A stretch of DNA of 63,208 nucleotides, counting the filler, from Sphacelaria rigidula (Eukaryota): assembly GCA_964200075.2 (NCBI GenBank). It is 11 parts of 11 records of this genome, joined end to end, with 100 filler letters (N's around TTAATTAATTAA, not from the genome) between each part and the next. Parts side by side here need not be neighbours in the genome. Positions count along the whole stretch, not along the records: positions 46,044 to 51,698 come from CAXNAA020025511.1; positions 51,799 to 57,453 come from CAXNAA020025512.1; positions 57,554 to 63,208 come from CAXNAA020025513.1; 8 more parts are not named here. One strand, written 5' to 3'. This document shows, piece by piece, positions 46,310-58,167 of this stretch. Made by a program: the position numbers and the translations under genes. Each line of letters opens with the position of its first letter. Within the stretch, counting starts at the first letter, position 1. Under the pieces are notes generated by a model. That model was not told the DNA's origin, made no database searches, and saw only the letters and a program-made list of their open reading frames with translations.

Positions 46310-48704
46310 GGGTGATGGTTTCGGCGGTGGAAGCCAGGGTTTGCGCATGAAGCAGGCGCAGCTGGAGCTCGAGAGTGACCAGCAGGGGAGGGAGAAGGTG
46401 CTGGGAGAGGAGAACATCGGACACAACCTCCTCAAGAAAATGGGTGAGTACTTCATAATACTATCATTTTTAGTATTCAGTACTATATATTATTGCTTTT
46501 GTATTTATTTCATTTCGATTTTTCGATTTCATCGATTTTGTTTCGGGGGTGGGGGTGGGGATGGGGGGGTTGAGGTTTTCATTGGGGGCGGGCGGGGAGG
46601 GGGGGGGGGTCTGTCGCCCTGTGTGTTTTGGGGCATACACAGAAGTGGGTCGATCCACGCCCTTTTCAGGCACAAGGGGGGTATTGGCAAAACATACGTA
46701 CGGGCTCTATCCGTGCAAAAAATCGATCTAAATGAAATCCTGACCCGAAGGCAACTCTACCACGGCCTAGGCAGAGCACGGGAATCGACTTTCACGAACT
46801 TTCCGGCGCGCCTACGGACCAAACAGTGCCGCGGGCAACAAGGGCTGCCGCACCAAGTAGGCCTCATTTAGTCCTAGGACGGGGTGGGACGGCCCACCGC
46901 TGTCTACCATTTCGTATCCTATTTTCCATGGTCAGATCCCCCTCTTTTTCAACCGGAATAGACCCTCTGGTGATCACTCTCCACCCCTCAGAATTCCTGC
47001 TCCATGCCGCCGCACGGCAGAACATTGGAGGACCTAGGACATCATCTCCGCCGCATATTCTCTGGCCTGGAAAAGTCCTGCCCCCCACCCTCACATACGA
47101 GACTCCATCTGGATGTCTAGCTGGTCGCTGCCTCACGGAACAACAACAGTCAAGGCTGACAATGATATATCTCACTTCTTTTTGTTCAGCAATAGTTACA
47201 GAGACCCCGACGGAAGCGAGCGGGTCGAGCCCCTGAAAGAGTATGGCCAAATAATTCTTTAGAGGGCGTGGCGTGTGCTGTGGACGGAGAGTTTCACTTC
47301 TTGACTAGACGAATTCTCGAACGGTCTACGACCGTTGCTACTTTTTTCCTGCCATGTCACATGTGAGGGCAGCCTTCTTGTCGAGTTGAGCCGAACGATC
47401 AACTTTGAACTTGTGCGCAACGGTCATTTTGCAACGACAAACTTCCCGCCACCTCCACTCCGGGGATGAAGTTATTTCATCCCCTGCCAAGATATTTTCC
47501 TTCCGGGGGTTGGCGTCGATTGGCAACAGCGCTGCAAAACACGCCACTCACTGTATAAGCTAGGCAACCTGGTTACCGCTTTTTTTCGCGATAACCATGA
47601 TGGTGGTCGATCTAGATCATTATTGTGCGGAGTGGAGAACCTCAACACCGCGCAAAAGGGTATGGTCACACTACGCAGTGTTTTCATGGGGAGACACCCA
47701 TAAGGTAGTGCGGAACCGATGGCTCTCCCTGGAAGTGGCGATACCAGAAAAGGAAGCAACTCATTGTAGGGTGTCATTTATGTGCAAGTTAATCAGTACG
47801 CTTCGGGCCGAACAATCTTAGCAGGATGCAGCTCACCCTCGCCAAACACATCACGGCGTTTCGCGCTTAGTGATTGAATGCGAGCCTGATCCGGCGAAAA
47901 CCCGGCGTGCTCCGTCCCGGCTTTATAGGGATGCGACGTCAACGGCCGTACAGTATGACTACATGCAAGATCATGAGTATACCCCCCCCTGCCAACATAT
48001 GGTCTGGGGTTGTTCTCTACCGTTTTTCTGTGTAAAACTTACGAGTGAGAAATACCCCTGAGAATTTAAGAGGTATCTCCAGAAAAGCTACGGTATAGCT
48101 GTACTGTGCTATTTAACGAATATCTGGTTGTGCAAACGGTCGCTTACTTGCCGCCACATTTTCCCGGATATAGGTCGAAAGTGTTGAAGACCTGTCGGTC
48201 GAGATTGCCTTTTCAACTTTCATCTGACGTTTGCACCGGCTGTTGTGCTGCTGCAATTCGTCGAAATCCAAATTTGACATGTAACATGTACAAAATGGCC
48301 ATTATCCACTTTTTTCTTCACCTCGGGTTCAGAGTCTCCGGTCTGCACCGAATCTCCAGTCATATAATTTTTTTGGTCTTCACTGTTGGTACTAGTGAAA
48401 ATTCCCGGTACACGAAACTGACCTGTTTGATTTGTGGATGTGCCCCTACGACTTTCTCATCACACGCCGGATAATGACAATCTATTACACTGGCAAAAAG
48501 TGTACTATGTACAGTATCGGATGTTTCTCTAATTGCACTTCATTATTACCATATGCCTCATGATGAGGATCGGTAACACCCCCTGGCTTCTCATATCACA
48601 GAAGATAACACCCCCAATGGTAGCATCTCTTACGCCTCTGTACGTGCCCAGCCGACCTACCTGTATCATGTCCCAAAGTTGTGTCTAATCTAACCTCCCT
48701 ATTT

Positions 48705-48766
<62 letters not shown>

Positions 48767-50864
48767 TATTATTATTTGTTTTTCTCTCGCGCCCTTTGTT
48801 TTCCCCTTGCGTGATGTTACAACAAAAACCCGATATTGTGTTTTGACTACTTCGTTGATGCCGTTTTTTTCTCTTCCCGTTCTTTTCCTCATCTCTCGTG
48901 TCGTTTGAAACACGGTGTCGTTTTCCAGGGTGGAGCGAGGGAACAGGGTTGGGATCCACTCGCTCAGGGATGGTTGAGCCAATCACAGGCGCCGGACAGG
49001 TGTGTCTCAAGTGCCTTGTGTGTCTCGCGTGTATCGTGTGGTATATGTGTCTTGTATGTCTTACACCTCAAAGCATGTCTTATACATGTCTCGTGTGCCT
49101 CATGTGTCTTGAGTGTTTTACGTGCCTATTCTTGTCATGTGTCTCAGGTGTATACAGCACGCTTAACAATGTTTTCATGAGATTTAGAGTAGATGATCCG
49201 ACTGAGAGCGAGAAGCGGTGAATTCGTGAATTAAAAGTTTCAGTTCCGAAATGCCCCTGTACAAGGCTCAATACCCTTTCTGTAGTTGCTCGCCACTGGA
49301 GCCCTTGATATCCCCGAGTAGGATGTCGCCGTGGAGCTGTAGCGCACGCCAGTGTTACAGGTAATGAAAATCACACACAGAATGGAAAAACGGTCAAGTT
49401 AAAAACGAATGATGAAACCCACTCTCAATCAACGCTCTACTCTCAATCTCACGATAACATTGTTGTGGTTATCATGGGCGGGCATGTATGTGTGCTCACG
49501 GACAGATCCGCCGCTTGTTTGCTCTAAGGCTACAGTCCGTCACCTGCTGAGCACGCTGCAACCCACCCCCATCTGCTCGGGCTTGGGCGTGCTCATTTTG
49601 CTTGCCTTAGTAATCTGACCGTTGACCACGCATCGCTTTCGAGACGGAACACCGCGCTCGGGGTTTGGAGGGGGGGGGGGGGGGGGTGTAGAAGGGGTGT
49701 ACTCATTGTCTTGCATACGAGAGGCATGGTTGACTTTTCTTCTCAATGTATTCAAAGTCTTCCGGGCGGGACGTGTTTCGGTTCCCAACACGGGATCTTA
49801 CAAACTGGGGATGGATTTTTTATTGGGGATGAGAAACCCGGAGAATTAAAATATTCGTATCCACACCCAAATCTTCGAAATATTGTTCCATTTCTTCACC
49901 TACTGGTACCTACTGACAACTGCTACACGCCGTAGAAACTTGGATTTCGATCACCGAAAGTTTGGGGTCCTAGATGAAGATTGAAATCCATATTTTTATG
50001 GCGTGTAGCAGCTGTCAATAGTTATCGGTAGGTGAAGAGATGGATCAATATTTCGAAGATTTGGTGTGAATACGAAGATTTTAATCCTCCGGGTTTCTCA
50101 TTCCCAATAAAAGGTCCATCCCCAATTTGTGAGATCCCGTGTTTCTTGATCTTCAAAGTCTTGTCGGCGGAGGCGGGGGAGGGGAGGGGAGGGGCGGACT
50201 GATGTACTCATGATCTTGCATGCCATTTCAAGACCATTGACCTCGCATCCCTGCGAAGCCGTGACGGAGCACGCTGGGTTTTCGCCGGACCAGTTATCGG
50301 GGTGGGTGTACTGAATGGACGAAGGCATGCACTGTGTCAATCGGTTTTCGCATGCTTGCCTCGCCAGCCCTTCCTCGGGCTGGTGTGCCTGTTTTCGCTT
50401 TCTGCTTGTTTTCTGGGGGTCTTGATTGACCCTCACTGAAACTCTCCGGCGCTGAGGTCCCGGTAGAGTCCGGGTATTCCTGGTGTCCTCTGCTGTACTG
50501 AAATCAAGCAATTCGCTTACAAAAGCGCACCCTGACTAGCAACCGCAGTTCCAAATAACCGTACATAAGTGTATTGGCGAACTTGGCTTTTGGTTCGTTT
50601 GTTAGTTTCGTTTAGTTTTGTTTGTTTATTTCGTGTTTTTTTTCTTCTTTTGCTTATGTTCGTTTTGTTTCCTTTTGTACTCTTTCTGTGTTTTTTTTCT
50701 ATTCTTCTTGTTTTCTTTTTCTTCTCTTGATTTTTCAGATGGACAAATCCGGAATCGGTGGAGGTGAAGCCGGCCCAGGGGGCACAAAAAGCGTCAAGGA
50801 TAAGGAGCAAGACGCGTTCGAGGCGTACCGAAGAAATAAAAGTTACTCCTTCCGAAGATTTTAG
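46310..50864 (+). CDS. CHERP: CHERP-like G-patch splicing factor, last three exons (46310-46443, 48929-48999, 50739-50864)
   Basis: Spliced G-patch EENIGHNLLKKMG|WSEGTGLGSTRSGMVEPI, and a terminal DAFEAYRRNKSYSF matching the CHERP C-terminal signature D.YE.YRRNKSYSF. GT-AG junctions have consistent phases (1, 0). Confidence 0.85.
48706..48776 (+). repeat. (ATC)n/(ATT)n microsatellite, intronic
   Basis: Direct reading of the sequence. Confidence 0.95.
49787..50143. mobile_element. Palindromic MITE (AACACGGG family), centre deleted, in the CHERP-like intron
   Basis: AACACGGGATCTTACAAA ... TTTGTGAGATCCCGTGTT termini. Confidence 0.88.
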
Positions 50865-51798
50865 ACAACGAGAGGGAATAAAAACAACGAAAACAAGAGG
50901 CGGATGCAATCGATCGCCATGGGGAACATTATTGTTTGCTTCGTCGATTGATTGTTGCTCGACAAGATATTATGGTTATTTTTCTGCTTTTCTTCCTCTT
51001 CACTTGTGTCGGTGTGTATGTGAGCAAATGTGCGTGTGATTCATGTATGTATGTATGTACCCATATCATACATGTGTGCATGTGCACTACTAAGGTCATA
51101 CGGTGAATCAATCACACCTTCTACGAGTTTTGTACAACGGACGGTATGGTATTCTTTTTTGTATTTTGTGTGTGTGTTTTTTTATTTCTGTGATTTTTTC
51201 GATCATCGCCTTGATAATGATAACATTGGACGTCGACCCACGTGTTGGTGTCATGTGGTTTTGTTTTCATTTTTTTCGCTCAGGTGATAATAACCCCACA
51301 GCCGCCGAGGTAGACAGATGGGCAGGAAGGTTGGTAAATAGGCGTGTTTACATCAGTTCGAATCGGCATCATTTCGGCGTGAAGGATGACTATTCATAGT
51401 CAGGTGTCCATCAGCTACGGGTGCTCCAAGGAAGGATCGACTTGAAAATATTTCCAACAACAAGAAACTTCTCAGCGCCGTTTTTTTTTTTCTCCGGCGA
51501 ATAACTGCGTTAGACTTTCTGCCCTCCCACCCCTCGTCCCCCCTTTCCGTCTCGAAAGGGATGCGCGGTCAACGGTCGAACGACTAAGGCAAGCACCACA
51601 TGAGTACGCCCCCGCCCCCTCCCCCTCCCCTCCCACATTCTTTTCTCTTCCGTACTGCGCTGCCATAACGGAATATTGTTGGGGTGTGACGTACGCACNN
51701 NNNNNNNNNNNNNNNNNNNNNNNNNNNNNNNNNNNNNNNNNNTTAATTAATTAANNNNNNNNNNNNNNNNNNNNNNNNNNNNNNNNNNNNNNNNNNNN

Positions 51799-51846
51799 AT
51801 GATAATGATAATGATAATGATAATGATAATGATAATGATAATGATA

Positions 51847-51896
<50 letters not shown>

Positions 51897-51910
51897 AATA
51901 ATAATAATAA

Positions 51911-51941
<31 letters not shown>

Positions 51942-52002
51942 AAGAAGAAGAAGAAGAAGAAGAAGAAGAAGAAGAAGAATAATAGTAATAATAATAATAA
52001 TG
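51799..52002 (+). repeat. Compound microsatellite (ATGATA)n(GAT)n(AAT)n(AAG)n
   Basis: Direct reading of the sequence. Confidence 0.97.
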
Positions 52003-52003
52003 A

Positions 52004-52360
52004 AGTCGGGGTTTCATCGGCAGAAACACACGAAGATACAGTATTCAGGGAGTTTCTGACAGTATCACGCGAAGGCACAGAAGTCGGGGGGTTTCTGACA
52101 GTAGCACGCGAAGATACCGTAGTCGGGGGGTACTGACAGTAGTACACGAAGACGAAGCATTCGGGGGATTTCTGACAGTATCACGCGAAGACATAGTAGT
52201 CGGGGGGGCACTGACAGTAGTAGCACGCGAAGACACAGTAGTCGGGGGGGCACTGACAGTAGTAGCACGCGAAGACACAGTAGTCGAGGGGGCACTGACA
52301 GTAGCACGCGAAGACACAGTAGTCGAGGGAGCACTGACAGCAGCACGCGAAGACACAGCA
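52004..52360 (+). repeat. 33-36-bp minisatellite, ~10 units
   Basis: Unit CTGACAGTAGCACGCGAAGACACAGTAGTCGGGGGGGCA. Confidence 0.92.
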
Positions 52361-52605
52361 TCTGAAGAATGTTCCCCCATGGCGGGGACTGCAATCAGAG
52401 CGTCATCCGATGTGGGCGGCATACGTTTCGCGAATTGAGAAGATGAACGCAAAGTAATTACAGTCGAATCGTAGGTTACTGTTAAACAACGATATCCCTG
52501 CTCTGGTCAAAGTAATGTCCTGTTTGCACTGTACCTAATGTAAAGAGAAGAGGTTGAACTCAATACCATCAAGCACACACACGTTAGTAAGCTTGACATA
52601 AAAAC

Positions 52606-53763
52606 TTGTGCGCTCAGCCCCGTCAGTGTGTCCCATGTAAAATCGGGAGGTGGAGCAGACGTAGCTGGGGGGGCTGCCGGCTGCTGCTGCCGTTGCTGTT
52701 GGTCGTGAGGTGGAGCTGCGTTTTGGTATTGTTGTTGATGATGGGTCTTGTCCGGATTAGGATGGTAGTAAGAGTGATGCTGCTGGCCCGGTGGGTGATA
52801 CTGTTTGGAATGTTGCTGTTGGTAGTGGTCTGTTGGTGGAGGATGTTCGTGTTGTTGGGTAGGTTACTGTGGGAAATTGCCTCTTGTTGGGGAATATTGA
52901 TAGGTGTCTTGTGGTGCGGGGTATGCAGTAGGCTGATGGTGCTGCTGATATTGGGGCAGTGTTCGATGTGACGATGGCTCATGACTCTGCACGTAATGGG
53001 CATATCCAGCACCGTTAAAACCGTCCCTGCCCGGTGGGGTGAAGTCTTCGTCAGTAGTCGGGGGCTCACTCCACTGTACAAGGTTTGCACGCGAGTGAGA
53101 CTCCCTCAAATGTCTCAAATGTCGGGAGTCGTTGAAGTGTTGAGTAGTTGGTGTGATGGGAGTTGTTTGTGTGATGAGGGTTGTTGGTGTGATGAGGGTT
53201 GTTGGTGTGATGGGAGTTGTTGGTTTGATGGAAGTTGTTGGCGTGAGTATGGGTGTTGGAGTAATGGTTACGTGGGGGTGGTTTCCCCCGTGATGAGGGG
53301 CACGCTGCTCCGGGTTAGGATATCGATTGCCTTTTCGGCGATCAACATGACTCCACCCGTCGCCTCGTGTATGGTAATCAACACTTCGATCATGGCATAT
53401 ATTGCAATTGCGAACATTGCATGATGAGGGTTGGGGGGTTGGATTGGGGGGATTGTTGTGGGGCTCATGTGGAGATGAAAAAACGTGATCGGTAATTAAT
53501 CCTTGGCGACGGTTCATGGTCAGGGTGCTGGTGTGAGATAGAATTCTCACTGCGGTCAGAGCCACACTCCTGGCAGTGGTGGTGTCGCCTGCCCCCCCTG
53601 CCTCCGCGTTGCCTTCCTGATACGTCACTGTGAGAGATACATCTTGAGCTATGGCAGAGAAGGTATGGTTATTCGGAGAGTCTACCCTACTCCTTGACAG
53701 TTCCAACTCAGCATGCGCAGTTATCACCGTTCGGTGTAGGGTCTCTGTATCAATGTCTGACAT
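52606..53763 (-). pseudogene. Orphan P/Q/H/T-rich reading frame with a CxxxxCxxC motif; internal stop at 52864
   Basis: 299-aa ORF from ATG 53763. The same frame continues with similar composition past the TAA to ~52606, followed by an intron-like 71-nt segment with TACTAAC and a pyrimidine-TAG acceptor (52535-52605). Confidence 0.4.
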
Positions 53764-53819
53764 GGCGAGGAAAATTCTTTTCTGAATCTCGTACTCTGAA
53801 GACAGCCTGCGTGCATAAT

Positions 53820-55504
53820 AGAGAGTTTCGGAAAACGCTTTTTTAAATCTTAGAGTCAGAGTAAAAAAAAAAAAAGAGGAAGAGTGGAAGGAAAAATAGC
53901 CGGTAACGGTGCATTCTCCGCTTCAAAGTTCTTTTCAGAGCGATTTTTTCAGAGTCAGAGGGCCGTTTGCACCACTTCACTCTGAAAACCGTTGTTCCTC
54001 TTCAGAGCTCATAGCGGCATGAAGAAGGACCACGCCCACCTTCACCGCCATGGTCACGTCCAGTCCAAAGTCAACACACCCGAACAAACAAAGTGGGACA
54101 TTCATCATCCATCAAAACTGGCATACTCATCACAATGGGCCATTCACGAAGTAGAAAAGCTTGACATGTCAATCAGAAGACCTCCCTGACGCCGCCATGG
54201 TGTCAGCATTCGCTTGGTTGTGTTGCGTGAATATTCCAATGCTCGACGGGCACACGTTGACTTGGGTGCAGTTCCTCACTCTCGGCAGCCTCAGCTGGAA
54301 GAAGACGGTGGGAACGATTCGTAGTCTACAGCGCGTAAGCAGTACTACACCTGGCTGTATTCTGTGACGGTTTAAGAGACTACCAACTAGACTACTGACA
54401 AGTCAGCGCTGACTAGTCAGTAGTCTAGTTGGTTGTCTCTTAAACCGTCACAATTCCCATCCGGTGAGAGATCATGACGTCTTGCACCACACCACCGTGA
54501 TGAGTGGCATGTCGAGAAATCATCGCAATGCGGCCGAGGTCTGCTGTTTGAAAGTGCCGCGTACCGTACTCTCTGTACTGAAGTTGTTTGTACAACTGAC
54601 TCTCTGTACGGTATCGCTGTGCAGTATAATATTCAGGGTTAGAGTGGAAAGAGAGTCATAACTGTCATGCTCATCACAATTGACCAGTCACGAAGTAGAA
54701 ACGCTTTGCATCGCAAATAGAAGACCTCCCTGGCGCTGCCACGGTACCAGCATCCGCTTGGTTGTGCTGAGTGAAAATTCAAATGCTCGGCAGATAAACG
54801 CCGTTGCTTCGGGTGCAGTTTCTCATTTTTGCCAGCCTCAGCTGTAAGGAGACGGTGTGAACGATTCGTACTCTACAACGCACAAGCAGTACTACATCTG
54901 GCTACATTGCCATTTCGTTAGAGGTCATGACTCCTTGAACCACACTTATGGGTGGCATGTCGGGAAATTATCACGATGCGGCCTTGTCTGTTGTTTGAAA
55001 GTGCTGCCTAATACTGTACTGTTGTCCTGCTGTAATACTGCACAACTGACTGTCTGTACTGTACGGCATTGCTATTGTTCACCGTGCAGTACCGCGATGC
55101 ACTGTTGTAGGATTCTGCATTGCACGCTCTACACTGCACTGGCTGTACTCTACATTGCACAACCCCTACAGCACTACAGTACCCTATTATGGTGCACCCT
55201 GGTGGATTGAAGTACAACAGGTGCAATGAAGCGTGGTGTACGGCAAGTACGGTGCCGCAGGGTATAGTACAGTAAATTCTGTGTTGCCTTGTGCATTTTC
55301 AAACTGCACCTGACTGCACGCTGGGCGATCGCACATTCATTTGGCGGCACAACCTGCGGCCAATCACTGCGGGGGGAAAAATCCACATCAAGCCACGTCA
55401 CATCAGCTTCCGGTATGAACGTTTGAGCGTCCACTCTAAAGTTTCAACGCTTCCACTCTGCACTCTGACTCTATGGTTTTAAACAAAATCTTCTGAAACT
55501 CTCT
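53820..55504. mobile_element. Non-autonomous TIR element, PIF/Harbinger-like, with internal ~400-bp duplication
   Basis: Imperfect ~42-bp terminal inverted repeats (AGAGAGTTTCRGAA...AGAGTCAGAGT), AAT on both flanks (3-bp TSD), and internal direct repeats at ~54120-54620 and ~54665-55070. Confidence 0.72.
54363..54452. mobile_element. 90-bp hairpin mini-element, TG...CA ends, 4-bp TSD ATTC
   Basis: Near-perfect palindrome flanked by ATTC on both sides. It is absent from the paralogous repeat at ~54905, and a half copy lies at 17324-17367. Confidence 0.85.
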
Positions 55505-55613
55505 AATGCCTATTGGAATCAAACTCCGAAATTACGTGACCGAAATGGTGCCTTCTGTGGCGAATTAAATTTGCCCTGTTTGGAAACACGAGAGGGCTTT
55601 CGCCCGGGGACAT

Positions 55614-56333
55614 CTATTGGCATGTCCACTCTTGCTCCAGACGGGCCTTTTCTGTGGTGGGGGAAACGGTGTAGTACTGGACGAAGCAGTCCCAAGACTC
55701 ACTAGGTGACCCAGGCGTCGCAAAGTTCTCGACCATTCCGGGTGCTATGATTTTCTCGAGTAATATTTCATGAACCGCTGAGCTTTCTCCACTGCCCTGT
55801 ACCCGTGCTGCGCTATCAATTCCTCTTCTGATCCATGAAAATGCGAATGGGGTCCTGAACAAACAGAGAATCGCAACATTTCTCGGCACGAAAAATCCGA
55901 TCATCTGCACTTGAAACACACGAAACTTCGACTCCAAACTTTCCCCTGCTTTTACTGAACCGTCACATGGGTGAATACTCGTATTGTTACGTACTCTGAC
56001 AAAGTTCGGTTGGGCACGTCGTCCTCCCATGACGGTTTCGTTTCGGAACTCTTCGAAAATACGTGGGTTGTTCTGCTGGTCGCGGTTTGCTGTACCCACC
56101 GTGGGATTACCTTGTACGCCTGCGCCCAAATGCATACTCCTATATCTTCCGTAATCTACAATGGTATCGCGTTTTGCGACCTCAATAGGCTCTGCCTGTT
56201 TTCCTCCCATCTCTGCTTGTTTCTCTTCCATTATTCGCAGTTTTTCGGTCTGCTGTACTTCCATAAGCCGAAGCTTTTCCGTCAACTCTTGCGTACTATA
56301 CTTCTTAATGGTAGCCACTGATAGACTTTGATT
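55614..56333 (-). pseudogene. Truncated Copia-type gag
   Basis: Coiled-coil N-terminus, then GSPSESWDCFVQYYTVSPTTEKARLEQEW, resembling the 'SP.EAW..L...Y.......K.RL..E' helix of Copia gag. It is preceded by tandemly repeated 5'UTR-like units (~56390-56640) and a possible LTR from ~56704. Confidence 0.6.
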
Positions 56334-57380
56334 ATCTATTTCTGCAACTTGTTGTTACATTGATTATTTCAAGCGTTTTTTGACCCCTCATTTGCTGACT
56401 CCCTTTCTCGTTGACTCAAGCGCTATCAAATCCTGCTGTATATCGCCCAAACTGTAACAAACACTAATTGCGTGACCCTTCCGTTGGCTTAAGCGCTATC
56501 CAATACTGCTGTATTTTGCTCAACCTGTAACAAACGCTAACTGCGTGATTCTTCCCGTCGGCTCGAGCGCTATCGTATGCTGCTGTATTTAGCCTCGAAC
56601 TGGCTCAAGCACTGTGAATGCTGCTGTATATTGCTCCAACTCGCTTCTGACTTCCCTGCTTTTCCCGGCTGCACTCACACCGTTTCAAAATCGCGAGCGT
56701 AATTGATAAAGAAACTGTCCCGTAGAGGACGCGCTCTGGACAGAGGAATGTGTATACCTTCTTCTTGCATTAAACTCGTATACCCTTCACTCACCCAACA
56801 TCAACCGTGCACGCTTCACCCGAGCTGCTCTCTCCAACCCAAACGCAAAGACCGGAATGCACCAAAAACAGAACTGAGCAAGGACTGCTGCCGAGGTAGC
56901 CCCCCCTCGAACCGGCTAAAAATGTGCACGGAGGTGATGATCATAAATGCCGTTAGAGCTGGTTTCGTCCTGCACGACGTGACTCATTTGGGCGTTACAG
57001 CTGATTTCGGACTGCTACAGGCCTCTCATGTGGGCGAAATTGCTGCAAACGAGCCCAGTAGTGGGATCACAGCCGGTTTGTCGGACGACCTCCGGTGCAC
57101 TTTTTATGGGGGGGCTATCTCGGCATTAGTCCAAGAAAGTAGGACCGCATGCTGGGTTTCTCATAAATCACACATCCAGTCATAACGCAATCCGTTGCCG
57201 TAGACGAAATCCGGTACCCATGATATGTCATCAACCTGCACCGCATGTACCCGAATTAATCCACGTACACATGTACTAGTGTTCAGCTCGACGATATTCA
57301 ATCAGATTCGACCACAAGTTTTCGACACCAGAACGATTTGATAAGACATGGCCTCAGTAATATAAGATACAGTAGTCGGA

Positions 57381-57428
<48 letters not shown>

Positions 57429-58167
57429 TGTCGTCCCATCTATTCTGGACGCCNNNNNNNNNNNNNNNNNNNNNNNNNNNNNNNNNNNNNNNNNNNNTTA
57501 ATTAATTAANNNNNNNNNNNNNNNNNNNNNNNNNNNNNNNNNNNNNNNNNNNNGTGTGCGGGGGTGGGTGTTGTCGTGGTGTGGTGGTGTGTTGGGGTGG
57601 GTGGGTGTTGGGGGGGGGGGGGGGGGTGTGGGGGGGGGCGTGCTCATTCGTTGCTTGCCTTATAGTCAATTGATCTTTGGTCACGCGTCCCTTTCGAGAC
57701 GGAGCACCGTCGGAAGCCGGGGGGAGGGCGGGAGGGGGGAGGAGTGTGTGCAACTTTCCCGTGTACGTACCCCGGGGTTCTCTCATATTCGACTGGGAGC
57801 TGTGACTTGAAGCCTTTGAGCGCCTCTCGCCCCTACGAGAGTGTGTATGCAGTAGCCGTCAATTAGTGAAACAGGAAGAGCAGCACATTATTCTATATGG
57901 AATGTTCTTGGATGTATTTACCCGACCAGTCCCAACTTTGCACAAGAAATATGCTCCTCTGTTTCCTTGCGCCCGCTCCTCTCTGTCTCCATCTTCGTCC
58001 CTCTATCCCCCTCTCTCTCTTTGCCCCTCGCTCTTTCTCTTCCTCTTCTGTCTGTTCCACCAGTTCCGTGCGCGTATTCCCTCCGAAAAATGAACATTTT
58101 TTTTATTTCCTCCCCTGACCATTTTCACCTCCGTTTTCTTGTCATTTTGGTTCAACCCCTTTCACAG

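Noticed and set aside
51743..52147. Homopolymer-rich ORFs (poly-H/S/R/F/M)
   Set aside because: Translations of microsatellites, partly spanning the N linker; the same applies to 8493-9143, 48596-49010 and 59643-60076.
52004..52360. CRISPR-like array (33-36-bp units)
   Set aside because: Units are directly adjacent with no unique spacers, there are no cas genes, and the context is eukaryotic.
5657..57553. Regularly spaced TTAATTAATTAA motif as a biological periodic repeat
   Set aside because: Always embedded in fixed-length N runs; it is a synthetic six-frame-stop linker.
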